Below are positions 1 to 14,089 of a stretch of DNA of 64,000 nt, piece by piece (position 1 is the first letter of the stretch; each line of letters begins with the position of its first letter). The translations under genes and the position numbers were made by a program. The notes below the pieces were generated by a model. The model did not search any database, was not told the DNA's origin, and saw only the letters and a program-made list of their open reading frames with translations. The DNA comes from Octopus bimaculoides (taxonomy: Eukaryota). Where the stretch lies: assembly GCF_001194135.2 (NCBI RefSeq), contig NC_068988.1, forward strand, positions 37,172,138-37,236,137. Direction: 5' to 3'.

Positions 1-2544
1 TGGCAGCTGATTAAACGCATTATGCAAATGAGCAGTTCACAGTTATAAGCATAATGAGAAGCGGAAGCACTGGTTTATGATAAATAACAATTGACATATA
101 CCAGTTCTTCAGTTCTTTTAATATGCTACATTTGAACAACCATGTGAATCGTAGCGCTGACTTTAAAACATATTGTATTTGTTAGTGGCATACTTATTAT
201 TATTGGTTTAGTGCTGCTCTGCAAATCAGCTATCATTCAAGTGGCAGACCACCATCAGAACTACTAAATTTACTCACAGCGTCTATCATCAATTAGCGTA
301 ATAACACTGACATTCCACTTACATCCGTTGCACAAAAATAAACGAATGCCTCTTTTGATTTTTGCAACAGAGATCTTTATTAATACTAATCGTAACCGTC
401 TTAAAAGCTTCCTCTACTTTCCAGGTCAGCGGAATACACCAAGATCTATTTCCGAAATTATTCTGTTACTCAGGAAGAAATTAAAAAACAAAAACGACAA
501 CTTTACTGACTCGATGTTTCAAAATCGCATAAAGGAGTGAAAACAACGACCTCAATCAACAATGTCATTATTACATAGACCTCATAATTGATTTACTCTT
601 TTAACTAGCCAGTTTCAGGAAGCGTAGTGAATACAATAGAAGCTATAGATTTTATAGTTTACAACAAAGCAGGAATTTTTTATTGATATTTTAATGTCAT
701 ATTTGAAGCAGAGGATGTCAATGAAAGCTGGGAATCTCCATGGTGGTTAATTTGCAAGAGAAATAATATATAGTGAAATCAAGTATTTTATCAAACACGT
801 TAGTCTTCTATAGAATTGTTTGTTCTCTACGCTATTTACGGCAAGTAATTAAGACTCTAAGACATAGTATTGCCTTTTGTTTAAAATAACACGGTTGGGG
901 AAAACAGATGAAGAATTTTGAAACAGCTTGCTCATTAATAGCTGAAAGCTTTATTTTTATTTTTCAGTCGAGAAACATTACAAAAGTTCATCTTCCAGGC
1001 CGCGAGGGAAACAGTACAATATTGAAACAAAGCCAATGATTTCAGTTCAGTAAGGCATTTTACATGCTATGCATTACTAAATCGATAGCTATAAAGTATT
1101 TCATTGTCAACCATTGAAACGGATTTAATGCATAGCTTCTGAATGTTTATCAATACTTCCCACGTTTTAGGCATATATTATCGATGTGTCGTTCTTAGAA
1201 ATGGAAAGTTATAAATAACATTTTAAAATTGTATATTACTTGGTTAAAAATTCTTTGATATACGATGTTCACAAGGAATCAGAAATTTTACTTTCTAAAC
1301 CAGCATTGATCTTGAATATTATAACTTAGGTGTAGGCATTTAGGTGTGTACAAGGCATGATACATCACAAACAGCTGTAACGTATAATTTACAAATGGTA
1401 TCGTACAACATGAAAATAGTTTACGCCAAATAATGCTGTGTATTAAATGATATAATTCTAAATTTCTGTCAACATACTATATTATTAATGTATTGCACAA
1501 TCTGTGGAAAATAGAACGCATAGCATACAAATATACATTTTTTTTTATTTTACTGGATAACAAACAATTCATATACAGCAGTATTATATTCCATTCAATT
1601 CACACGCGTATTTTCCTGACATTTACTTCGTCAATCCTGCAAAAATTAAAGGCGAGACTATATCAGTGGGATTTAATTCTATTATCAGTGATATTTTGTA
1701 ATATAAAATAAATTATTCATACTGAAGTCACAATATTACTTTCCATTTTTGACGAAAATCGTAGACATATATGTTAATGGTTTAGATGCTTTTAGTTATA
1801 CCGGTTAACTGCTAACAAATATTATAGATAACACTGTATAACGACTACTATTTCCTGTTTGCTTACCCAAGAAAGTATGAAAAATGGCTAATATTTCCTT
1901 CAAGCTTTACTTTTAGTATATTTATTCAAACCCTAAAGAATCCCTCTTGACACATGGCTACGATGCTTCTCCACTACTGCTGATTGTTATCAGAGATACA
2001 TATATTGTCAGCCTCTAGGGGATATACTCCAGTGGTTAAGATCAAGCAACTGATAAGTAAATCTGTTTTGTTGAGCAGAATATTTGCAATAACGATATTT
2101 CTGCTTCAGCAACCGAGCGCTGAATCTATCTGAAATGTAAACGAATGTAGGTCGATTTCAAAATATTGATATCCAGGTCAGAAAAGCAAAGTCTGAAGTA
2201 AATAGTAGCCATTTCCTTTCAATTCTAGGTAGGAAATAATGGTTACTGACCACAAGAGCAAAAAGAAAAAGTTGTAACACATGGTCATGAAAGAGAGATA
2301 TCTCTGGTGTAATTCAAACTTGAATACAGAGGAAAGAAACGCAACAACGAATTTACTTCAGCATTCTAACGTTTCTTCCAATTCACTGACATTAGCTTCA
2401 ATTCACTGACATTTGTGCGTTGCAACAGACATTTAAAATATTGTCTAGGAAATTATGCTGATTGCTGCTTGTTAGCCCCAGGCCAAACCTGATTGAACAA
2501 ATCCATAACGAAACGGATTCCAACTGCAATCAAGCTTTTCTACG

Positions 2545-2808
2545 AGTAACATGGCCCGGTGGTGAAAACGTTGCACTGATGATCACGAGATTGAGGTTTC
2601 AATTCCTAGACTGGGTGGTGCGCTGTGTTCTTGAGCAAAACACTTTATCTCCTGTTGCTCAGTAATCTCTTTGACACCTGACGCGTGGTACACCGCGCAC
2701 CTGTTCAGGTAATGTAGATTTGATGGAAGAAGTGAGCTAATGTACAGTGCATACCTTTGATCACTATGATCAAATCATTTGCGCAGATCGTTCGGCAAAA
2801 AAATAAAC
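2545..2808 (+). mobile_element. Diverged tRNA-derived SINE
   Basis: Box A-like TGGCCCGGTGG (2552-2562) and box B-like GGTTTCAATTCC (2595-2606), then GTGTTCTTGAGCAAAACACTTTATCTC, which resembles the post-tRNA segment of the SINE at 60001-60296; A-rich end. Confidence 0.55.
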
Positions 2809-5800
2809 ACTCATATGTCGTTTTCGCCGGGAGAGTCCATCATTATTTAACATTATTTACATTTCCTTAATAAAGGTGTTTGGATAGGATTAAAGAAATT
2901 CTCTTCAATAAGTGGCAACCTGATTTTATCCAAAATGTATTCAGATTTTCATTTATAGTGCAAAACCTAAATTTCAGTGGCGGAAATCACAATGTTCAGT
3001 ATAAGTGTCTGTTTAATATATAGCAAATTATTATATTATTCTTTGCAAGCAAAAATTATATTACATACGCAATCAATAGTTCGCTATTCCATAAAAGCGT
3101 GACATAATTTCTGGTAAAATTGTAGTGGGTGTTGGCCCGATTCGGCAGCTAGTGCCACGTGACATCAAGAAGCAATGCAAGCTAATGTTTCGTTAAGCTT
3201 GCATTTTGAAGTATTTGCTATTCCCATTGACACCCCCTATTTATTCAACCCTGTGTACTAATAGCAATCGGTATAACAATCTCACACACCTCCATTAGTA
3301 TAATTGAAACTGCACTCTTTCTTGCAATACACTTTATACTAAATTGCAAGGTACACATTTTTTCACAGAAACCGTAGAAAATATCGAGCTATAACACATG
3401 TCTCAAAATGGCAGTTATCCTTATTGATCTGAAGTTTCACATTTAATTTTTCCTAATGTACTAAACGAGTAGGATAAATGATCTAGCGGGCAAAATACTT
3501 AGACTATCAATTCATGAGTCTTGTTTTTTTGTTTTTTTTAGGTAAACTATTGACATGATTTGTTGTATACTCAGGTCAATTAACCTACATGTAGAAAACT
3601 GGTACCAGTATTCAGAAAACGTTCTTATACTTGCTTCTTATATCATCAGGAAACTACATCGCCGCATTCCTTCCCTCGGGAAATCTACAGATATTCCATT
3701 AACATCACCTTAATGTAATGAACTTGACGAGGACGTATTTGTAATGCAACGTACATCTGTGGATTCGAGCATCTTACAATACGAGAATGATACTGTGTGA
3801 AACTAAATAATGTTTTATCCACATCGCTCACTTACGCGAATTAAAATTTGAGTTTCACTCATAATTATTCTAATTTTACGTTAAAATATTACTTACTAAC
3901 GTTGTGGAAACGCTACAACCTTAAATTCCATTAAAATATACATAAGGCTTAACGTTTGAAACATTAAACAATACAGACAAAAGGCCGTGTGTTTCTAGTA
4001 ATCTCTGTGTGTATAAATATATATCACTGAAACAAGTTTCCTCCCATATGAAATAATTATAGCAACACTGTTTTGTTTTGTTTTTTGGGGTCTTTTTTCT
4101 CTTTTCTTTTGCGATAATAGAAGTGAAATAACGCAATGGTTTTTGATCCTCCCTTGCATTTTTCGTTCAAATGAAAATCAGTATTATTTAAGTCAATACC
4201 GTAATTATGTTTTTGAAACTAATCATGATTTCGGTGTTGTAGGGGAGAAATGTAGTTTGTTCTATTTTTTTTATATTTAGTTAAGTTTCTTTTATGGAAA
4301 AGGAAAAAGAAAGAAATAATTGTTGGGGTTTGTTTTAGACATCACATTTTTTAAACAAAATAAAATATATTGAACCATTTTCCGAAAATATTTCATAAAC
4401 TAAAACAAAATTTTTCAAACAAAACATTTAATTTGATAACATTCCAAACGCAATAGCACTAATTACATCTTTGAAATCATTTTCTAATTGTTCGATGACT
4501 TCAGAATTGATTTCATTCCCAGCACTACCGCCAAATGTTTGCCCATTATAACAATGCAAGCAATAACCCCATCAGAAATGATACTTCGAAGAACAAAACC
4601 TCTATTACCATGGTGACAGTTGTTGCCAATGGCCTACTAAAAGAAAGCAAGACAAGAACTTTAACAAAGCGAACAGACATTAAAGTTAATATTTTTAAAA
4701 ATTTATAGCTGGGTTTTACAAAAAAAAAATGTCGATACTATTTAAGAAAACAAAAAATAAAAATGACCAGAAAAGTTATTAACATCATAACAAGAAATAA
4801 AGGGAGTTTAATTTGAATGCGTGAATAGTTACATCTATTTATGAATTATACTTTGGAAGCCAATCGAAACAAAGGGTCGAAAACCTCCATTGAAAATAGA
4901 TTTGAAATAAAAAGATTCCCAATATATAAATAATTTTGTGTGTCCACCTCTACACCTATAGGTAAAAAGAAAATATAAAATACATGTTAAGCCTCCTGTA
5001 TGCATCAACATAAATCTGTAAGCTTTCAATAAGATGAATTAGCTTCATTGCTTTATTTACGATTCTATGAATTTTAGTTGGCAAATGGGAACGCAGCAAT
5101 GGCTGTGTGCTTCAGAAGTTCACTTAGATATACCGGTATTCTGAATTCAATCATGCACTTCATCTCTTTAAGCAAATATACACCTTCGGATTGACTGTCG
5201 AATTTGAGCAAAATTTGCTGTGCAGAAACCCACTGTGTAAATTTGCGTGTACATGTGTGTATGTGCGCATGTGTCTGTGTGTGTGTGTGTGTGTGAAAGT
5301 GAGTATGTGTATGAATACGCGCGCATGCGTACATGTATGTGTTTGTGTGTGTGTGTATGTGTAGGGGGTGAATAATCACAATTTTTAAGTACTTGAATTT
5401 TTCCTATAACGAAAGAAATGGTTTCTTGCAAAGAATCAAAACTATGTGAAGTGTTAACATTTAATTTAAATCTAAATTTCTGGATTGATAATCACAGTAG
5501 ATAAGGTACTGGTTTTAAAAGAAGAACCCATAAATATGAGAACATCATTTTGAAATATTTCGAATTAGCACCACAAAAATATATAAAGTAATATACGATT
5601 ATCGAAATTTCCGGAAGCTTTCATTTTACATATTATTAGAGTTTAAGTTACTACTGACATTCTTACAAGCGTAAGAATCCTTTCCTACTCATATTACAAA
5701 TATTATCATCCATATTATTCTTCTTATCTTTATAATTGGTTATTGTTGCTACTCGTTGTATCATTATAATTATAAATTTGATTATTGTTTCATGTATCTG

Positions 5801-6446
5801 GTATGTTGTTATTGCGAGTAATTCTTTGCACTACTGTTCAGATTGTTAGTGAGTAGATACGTACCACCTATATACGAGCTTACACATTCTCTAGGGTTTG
5901 AATAATTGCAGTATCTCCCAGTTTTAGCTAACGCCTCAGCTGATTCTGATTTTAATGATTTTTGTTTAGCTGATAGTATACAAATACAGGAAAAGACAAT
6001 AATTACTATTGGTTTTATAACAGCTCCAATGTGAGTCAACATGTGACTTACGAACTTTAAGTGTTCATTTGATTTATAGTGGGGTCTAAATCGGTCGATG
6101 TCATGCTCTAACATTACATCCAGGAAGTAAATTATGAAATATTATTATCATTATCAAAAGCTATATTTTTTCTAAGACCTGAAGAATATTTTCCTATACC
6201 TTTCGTAGTTAGCATTACTGCACATCATCACGATGCATAGTACATCATCCCTATATAGACTGTCTTCCTCCCTTACAGAGTGTATCATGTATATTCTCCC
6301 AAAATCAGTGGCTTGCATAGACTCAATTGATCACATGGTTATATCGAAGTTACTTTCCCTGTTCAGGTTCCAAAATATCCACATTATGCTTTGACTAATC
6401 GATATTCTCAGTGAACATCAGCATTTTATGAAGAAATACTGTGGAG

Positions 6447-6647
6447 ATTCTTTTCTACGCTAGGCACAAGGCCCCAAATTTTAGGGTAGAGGGCCAGTCG
6501 ATTAGATCGACCCAGTACGCAACTGATACTCAATTTATCGGCCTCGAAAGAATGAAAGGCAAAGACGAACTCGGCGGAATTTGAACTCAGGACGTAAAGA
6601 CAAACGAAATACTGCTAAGCATTTCGCCCGGTGTGCTAACGTTTCTG
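6447..6647 (-). mobile_element. tRNA-derived SINE, family 1 (5' end slightly truncated)
   Basis: Co-linear with the 8483-8685 copy (…GAAAGAATGAAAGGCAAAG…CGGCGGAATTTGAACTCAG…AAGCATTTCGCCCGG…); the minus strand carries box B GAGTTCAAATTCC. Confidence 0.85.
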
Positions 6648-7324
6648 AAAAGTAATAATCAGCTATATACATCTGTAAAAATTTACCATCCTCCTTATTA
6701 GTAAGACTATAAACTAGTCAACCACATCACAATTACGAGACCACAAACAGAGTGAAGAGTTTTTTTGTTTGTTTTTTTGTTTTGTTTTTCTAAGGTTTGG
6801 GATAGTAATGTCAATAATCTTTTAATAGTCGCACCTATTTCGGACTTAGAGGAAAAGATTAGTCGAACAGAAATTTTTTCAAAATTAGGCTTTTGATCTT
6901 CAAGATAAACTCAAAAGGAATTTCGGTGTGAATGGTTCAGTCTTATCTACTAACTTCAAAATGTCCACAATATTCCATCCATTTTTACTATCAGCAATGT
7001 CCAAATGATTTTCTGATCGGTAATCCTTACAAATTTATTTTCGTATACGGTCATTATTTAGGTTTTAGTCCAAACGTCATAAGTTTTCGTTTCATCAGCA
7101 GGAACTAAAATTGCAGGTGCTTTTCTCAGTTGTTTTATTAGATTATTAAGTTTTCCTCATGTATTCATTACTTCGGAATATGTTTATATTCTGTTTGTAT
7201 TTTTCATTACAGTTATCATCAAAACCTTCCAAATGTGGGTAGTGATACGAGGATTCTTGTAGGACTTAGATTCTAGTTTCAGGTAACTATGGTCATCATT
7301 AGAATTCTGCGATCTAGTACTACT

Positions 7325-8270
7325 ATCAGCTGAGCTGTGTCTGCACGCTTGGTCTTGCACAGAGCTGCAATGTGGATGTTGTATCTGACGATTTCTTTTT
7401 CGATAAGCGCTGGCCGTCTCTTGTGTTTGTTTGCTTTGGTTATGTCCATGAGTATTCACACATACCATGTGCAAATGCTGTGTGGTGTCACCGACATTTT
7501 TGTGTTGGTGATTCCACCGCATGGTTGAGATTCTAACCTGCCGTGGTATGCCGGCCAGAGTATGCCATGTGAGGTAAGGAGGTTATGTTTTATTTGGGGC
7601 ACCTTTTCTAGCCACTTCCGTAGGCTATGGAGTTGAGTGATCCTAAAGAAGGCTGCTCAGACATTGAGTGGTGTTCTGAGCCTCACTGTTGTTTCGGTCC
7701 AATGGGTAACGACCCTACGCCCTAGGTTGCGTGTGTGTAGGTTCGTGACTACAGCTTCCAGTGCACTCATAACTACTGTTCCATCATTCGCCCATCACTA
7801 CAGGGCTTGAAGGCAGGGGTGGGATGCTGAGATGTTTTGAATTGCGCGTGACATGGATTAAAGCGAGATATGTTCAGCAACATCATATGCCTCACTCTCT
7901 GATAACTTCCTTACCGATTCCAGTAGCAAGACGAAATCAAGACAACTGGAGTTAAGCAGGAATGTTGTGAAATGCTGCAGGTATCACTGTGCCTTGTTCG
8001 TACTCCACAACGCTTGCTGCTCCGCACTCTTGCTCGTTGTACCAATCTCATGGTTTACCCCGCACAGTCCGCCGGGTCCAGTCTTCACATGGACAGGTAA
8101 ACAAGCCCTAGTTCACTGATGGAGTGAGAACTGTGAGCTAGCTTCACCGTGGTTTAGCCGCCTTGTGCAAGTCATTTTCTGAGGTGTGGCTGCTGTTGCA
8201 TACACAAAGCTTCAAGGGGTCACAGGTGTGAGCTTGGTGTCTGGAGAGTACCAAAGCTGACGAAATACAC
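7325..8270 (-). mobile_element. RTE-clade LINE 5' fragment (5' region plus start of APE endonuclease), decayed
   Basis: A minus-strand frame not in the ORF track reads ICTWYV*ILMDITKANKHKRRPALIEKEIVRYNIHIAALCKTKRADTAQL, matching the RTE/BovB APE N-terminal pattern TWNVRTL…RRTAL…ELARYNIDIAALSETR. GC-richer upstream sequence; outer boundary approximate. Confidence 0.7.
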
Positions 8271-8482
8271 CGAAGAGAACCACATGTTCCCTCGTCAAGA
8301 TACTATCCGACTCAGACACACCGTACGTTCCAATCAACGTACAAATGGGCTAACTTTCTGGATCAATATTGCAGTATATTCATCACTCAATGGAATAAAA
8401 ATATCTTTTAGATGTGAATCCAAGAGCAATCCATCCATAATATGAGTGTTCTACTTCAAGCACTCTATTACGGATATTCTTT

Positions 8483-8685
8483 ACTACTCTAGGCCCGAAA
8501 TTTTGGAGGAGGGGGCCAATCGATTAAATCGACCTCAGTATGCAACTGGTACTTAATTTATCGACCTCGAAAGGATGAAAGGCAAAGTCGATCTCGGCGG
8601 AATTTGAACTCAGAACGTTAAGACAGACGAAATACCGATAAGCATTTCGCCCGGCATGCTAACCATTCTGCCAGCTCGCCGCCTT
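8483..8685 (-). mobile_element. tRNA-derived SINE, family 1, full length with target-site duplication
   Basis: Minus strand starts GGCGGCGAGCTGGCAGAATGGTTAGC (box A) and has GAGTTCAAATTCC (box B). Flanked by 21-bp direct repeats ACTCTATTACGGATATTCTTT (8462-8482) and ACTCTATTGCAGATATTCTTT (8686-8706), 2 mismatches. Confidence 0.9.
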
Positions 8686-9402
8686 ACTCTATTGCAGATA
8701 TTCTTTTATTCTTCTACTCTTTTACTGTTGAACAATATACAGACATAATTTTTTAAAAGATTCAAAGAATGAAATCGCATTTGTGATTAGCACTCTTTCT
8801 GACTTCTCTTTCTTTTTCTCTCCCATTCTTTCTCTCTCTTTCTCCCCTCTCTTTCCCCTCTCTCTATATCTCTCTCTTACCTTAGTGATGTATTTTGTTT
8901 GTTATGAACGAAGGAAAAAATATTCCTGGCGGTTTCATGTACAATAATTAATTTGGTAAGTGTTCCCAATTTGAAAACCAATGCATTGAAATACCAGACA
9001 GTCAGGTACTCGAAACAATGCAGTAGAGAGCTGAACATCACTCTCTTGTCCAAGTAGATGCGGTAATTAAATACTGGTGTTCATTATGTTTACCGGTGTT
9101 ATATCGTTATATCAATAAACTTCTTGAGTATTCAAATAGCGGGCTTATTTTCGATCAGTTTGCTTTTGTATGTGCTAAGTTCATTTACCTTTGCCAGTAT
9201 AGTTGCATGGAAGTTTGGCTGCAACAGGCTAACTTACTCATGCTACAGAGCTAGAAGACTATTTATTTAGTGGTGGCCTTGTGACCAACTCAACTCTGAC
9301 TCCCCATCCTGATATGTGTATTTGTTACGGTTGTTTTGAAAGTATTTTCCATGTGAATAACCTTAAACTATTTTTAGTTAAAAACCACCGACAGCACTTA
9401 CT

Positions 9403-9663
9403 AAACATGCATTTATTTCCGAGAATCGGAATGAAATTTAAATGCGCATTAATATAATTACATGGTTATTCATGGGTTTATAAAGAAAAAATTACAGTTG
9501 ATATTTTTCAGTTATTTCTGTTTTTCAAAAAACTTATACTATTTTTAGTAGAACATATCAAAATATCGACTACATTTACCAAACGAGCATTTATTACGCG
9601 GAAGCCAGAGAAAATTTAAATACACATTAATATAATTACATAGTTATTCATGAGCTTATAAAA
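9403..9663. repeat. Diverged tandem duplication, period 178 bp
   Basis: 51-bp cores starting at 9434 and 9612 differ at 5 positions. Confidence 0.7.
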
Positions 9664-9803
9664 CATTATTTTGTAATTTCTTTTCTCTTCTATATTTCTT
9701 TACGTTTATTTATTTTCATGAATGATACATTTAAAATTACTACAGAAATTATGAAAGGTTTAATGGACACCAACAGACAAAAAGAATATATATATGTACA
9801 TTC

Positions 9804-9805
<2 letters not shown>

Positions 9806-9859
<54 letters not shown>

Positions 9860-9938
9860 NNNNNNNNNNNNNNNNNNNNNNNNNNNNNNNNNNNNNNNNN
9901 NNNNNNNNNNNNNNNNNNNNNNNNNNNNNNNNNNNNNN

Positions 9939-10000
<62 letters not shown>

Positions 10001-10010
10001 TGTGCGTGTG
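9806..10010. repeat. (GT)n microsatellite spanning an N gap
   Basis: Direct reading. Confidence 0.95.
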
Positions 10011-10342
10011 TATGTATCAACGAGATGTGTAGTCAAACTGAAATAATTGCTGTAAGAGGTTCCTTATGCAACAAGTTAAATAATAGTTTCAAAGTGTGTT
10101 GAACATGAAGCATTACTGGATAAGTTGTTTCGTGTTACAGTGTATATCTTGATGGTAAGTGGGTTTGACTCTGAAACATTAACCAGATGTTATAAAACAA
10201 AATTCAGAGAGAATGTACCAGAATTCGATATTTTGGCGTTAAGTGGCTATGTCTGTAAATATGTATTGAAACATTTTTCTCAGAGCAGTTCTTAACATGT
10301 AAATTGTGACAACATTTGAAAGAGAAAAGAAAAATGGTGAGT

Positions 10343-10343
<1 letters not shown>

Positions 10344-10432
<89 letters not shown>

Positions 10433-10463
10433 TAATAGATAGATGGATAGATAGACAGATAGA
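10344..10463. repeat. (GATA)n microsatellite
   Basis: Direct reading. Confidence 0.95.
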
Positions 10464-10953
10464 TTACTTTCATGCATTAATGTTAATGGTATCAAGTTCA
10501 TCTACCTCAAAGGTGGGCAACGGTCAATGGTGCAAACCCTCTTTTCAAGCCAAAATGCTAAAGGTTAAAACTAATATTACACATACATTACTGGGCACGG
10601 TGTTGTTATTGTTGAGTAACAGATCAGCTTTGAGTATTCCAGCTTTGACGATACTGATTTTGTTTTCTCGTTTCTGTATCTACAATGTACTTTAAGACGG
10701 TGGAGAATGATTTAAGGATATTTGAATGCGGTTATCACTAACGGTTCATGTAAATGCAGGAACGCTTCTTGTTCTTGCAACCTATCCAAATGACCTAAAT
10801 TTACAAAGTGATTTACAGAGGATAAACAAATATAGGAGACTAAATTTACCCACACAAAAACGGAGTAGAGACACCCCTTAACATCAAACCTCCACAAAAA
10901 TAATACAAGAACTTATATGAAATACAGTTTTTAAAAAATGAAGTCAACTATCT

Positions 10954-11007
<54 letters not shown>

Positions 11008-11347
11008 CGTATTCTGTCATTAGTAACAACAAAACAAAGCGAAGTAAATGAACGCCAACATCATTATTCTACATGCTTCATACAGAGATATGACATCAGT
11101 GAAAACAAGAAAGACAAAGATATATTTAATGATTTATAAATATGTCTTTTATCTTTTACATGTTTAAGTCATTAGACTGCAGGGATGATTGCATCCAAGG
11201 AAATATTAGTTTAATACCTTGTATTTTGGGGGAATGAAATTCCCTTAAAACAATAGGTATATTAAGCATATAGTTTATATCCAGTTAAAAGAAGAAAAGG
11301 AAATGGTGATATGGAACTTAATAATTATTTATCAATAACAAATTGAT

Positions 11348-11463
11348 CATCTTCGCTCCTTACAGGCGTTTCAATTAATACTAAATATTTTAAATGTAAA
11401 TTTGTACATTAAATTTGCATTTATGTGACATGAGCATAATTTCATCAGAGAAAAAAGAAGATG
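11348..11463 (-). ncRNA. Type I hammerhead-ribozyme-like motif with long loop II
   Basis: Minus strand: CATCTTC-TTT-TTTCT, CTGATGA, AATTA…59 nt…TAATT, GAAAC-GCCT-GTA, AGGAG-C-GAAGATG. Core, stem II, stem III and a two-part stem I can all be drawn. Confidence 0.4.
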
Positions 11464-12118
11464 CACCTTTGGATGTTATATGTGGACTTATCAGTCCATT
11501 TCAGCAGACTAAACATTGTGGTTTATGATTTGTACTATTACATGCTGAAGGGTTTACAGATTGATTAGAATATGATTAGGGATAAAGTAAAGTAAATAAA
11601 ACTAGAATACTATATCAAGTAAAAATAGAGATGTTTGAGGAAAGATAAATATAAATAAGGTAAATTTCTAGTTAATAAAAGGTATAAAATATTCATTTAT
11701 AGAGTATAAATAAAATTATAAACAACATAGCGTCTATAATTTATGTCTAAATGTACTTCCTTTTTCTTGTATTTATATGAATATGTGCATACACACACAT
11801 ACGTAAATTATTATGGATATGTGTAGTATAGGTATGTCTATATACGCATAAATCCACATATATGCGTAAGCATACATGTATACATACGTATATATGATAT
11901 AGATGATTGTATGTATATGTATATATACGTGAGTGTGTGTGTGACTCTAAATATACGTGTTCATAAACAGATGTGTGCAAGAGTGCGTGCAACAGTGTAT
12001 CCGTTTATATTCGCATGCATATATTTTGTGCACGCGGGTGAGTGCGGCAATATCTATATGTATGAATTTACTATTATAATAATAATTGAGAGGTAGCTGA
12101 GTATGTGTATAGCAATAC

Positions 12119-12155
<37 letters not shown>

Positions 12156-12536
12156 NNNNNNNNNNAGAGAGAGAGAGAGAGAGAGAGAGAGGTAGAGACA
12201 GAGAAAGAGAGAGGGAAAGGTGGAGGTGGTTGACATTTTTCAATTTTATATATTTTTCACATAGCCTTCCTAATCGAGTTTTCGTTTTAGCCGTATAAGT
12301 GTCTGTGAAAATTAACAGATGTTATTGATAAAAAAAAGGCAATAACTTATGGGATTTTAAAAACCCATTCGTCCATGAGGCAATACTTGTAGCAAAGTAT
12401 AATCGGAGACACATGCACACGCACACATATGCTGTGCGGTGAAGAATTTCTCTTGGCAATTACTTGGTTGCGAGTTCATATTCAGTGAACTTTGAAATTC
12501 CTTCATATATATATGTGTATGTGTGTGTGTGTTGTG

Positions 12537-12569
<33 letters not shown>

Positions 12570-14089
12570 GTGATTTTCCTGAAATAAAAGTATAACATGT
12601 GTGCCATGGAATTAATTCAACTAAAAAAGCAAAGTGCCACAAGACTTTGTTAGAGATGGAAGCGGTGTGTATTTGTAGAAGGTTTTTAAATGTTTTGGTT
12701 CATATTCCTATACAGTGGACAGTCTTCTCGATACTGCAGAAATCAGTCGTTAGTTTAATTATATATGTCTAAAACCTCAAAATGAAATTTGTCACAAATA
12801 CATATAAATATTGAATTCTTATTTTAAAATAAAGCCATAAATTTGCAGGAGAAAACTCCACTTCATTGAATATTCTCTCATATGCTGGAACATAAAAGTC
12901 AAAATATTACCCAGTGGAATTAAATACAAGACGTTACGAGTCAAAAACTAAATACGGTAAATTATTTAGTTTAGTATTGTTCAGTGGCAGACATATTGAC
13001 TCCCTCTTCTGTCTTAAAATACGAAGTATGAGATATTTCATTAAAACATATGCTATTTTTTATTAGTTCTGAATCTCCTTTTGAAAATTTACTGGATGAT
13101 GGTATTTTGGTTTGTATTTTATTGATAATTAGTAAAAAAGTTATCGAAAAACCTAATTAAAGAGACAAGCCATTATGAAAATTATTATTACAAAAGACTA
13201 ATTAATCAATCGGAACTTTTTTCAACCACTATTCAATCCAGGATATTGATTATTGAAATGAAATCTAATAAAATATATAGAGAGGAAAAAGAACATTTCA
13301 AACGAGAACTTTTTAGTTATTGACTCCAATCACAGTTTAAATTAGGAGACTGATATATATGTGCAAGCGTTTGTGTGTGATTGTGTATTTATATGTGTGT
13401 ATGTGTGTGTCTCTGTGTAGCAATACTTCACAATGGTAGAAAACACTCAGCGAGCCTATTCTGCCAGACAGGTTCAAATCCTTAATTGATGTTTTCGCTT
13501 CATCTACTATTCGCGATTGCGATTTCTGTCAACTTGATTAAAAAATTTTCCACAGTGGCTTAGTTAGTAACTAAAGGATTCTGTGTTTTTATTTCAGTCA
13601 TATGTAGGTGGCAAATAATGTAGAAAAATATGTACGCTTCTAGAAATTTTGGATATTTATGCTCATGTTTTAGTTTAGATTTTAACTTCAAGTAAGCTCA
13701 GAATATATTAGCATTTTGTCTTCAAACATATACATATTTGCGCAGATGTTTCTGAACCGTTTTGTCGTTGTAAAGAAAATTCGTATGTATACCCGATGTT
13801 TACCTTCACTTATGTATGTATGTATGTATGTATGTATGTATTTATGTATGTATGTATGTATTTGTGTGTGTGTATGTATGTCATTCTTCAGTTTTATTTC
13901 AAGATTTCTTTCCAATAGAGAAAGAGCCAGTTTCTAATCTACATCCAAGGCTCCTTCGTTGAATTTTCAACATCAACAACAGTGTATTTTTGTTTACATG
14001 TATGTACATGTGCCGATTTGTGCGTTTTGCGTTATGTATGTATTCTCATGCATATAGTTACATATCTAGACACGCTTACATATATTTAA

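Noticed and set aside
7213-7282. Exon-like segment with good acceptor (TTTTTCATTACAG) and donor (CAG/GTAACT)
   Set aside because: Stop codons in all three frames; no supporting neighbouring exons.
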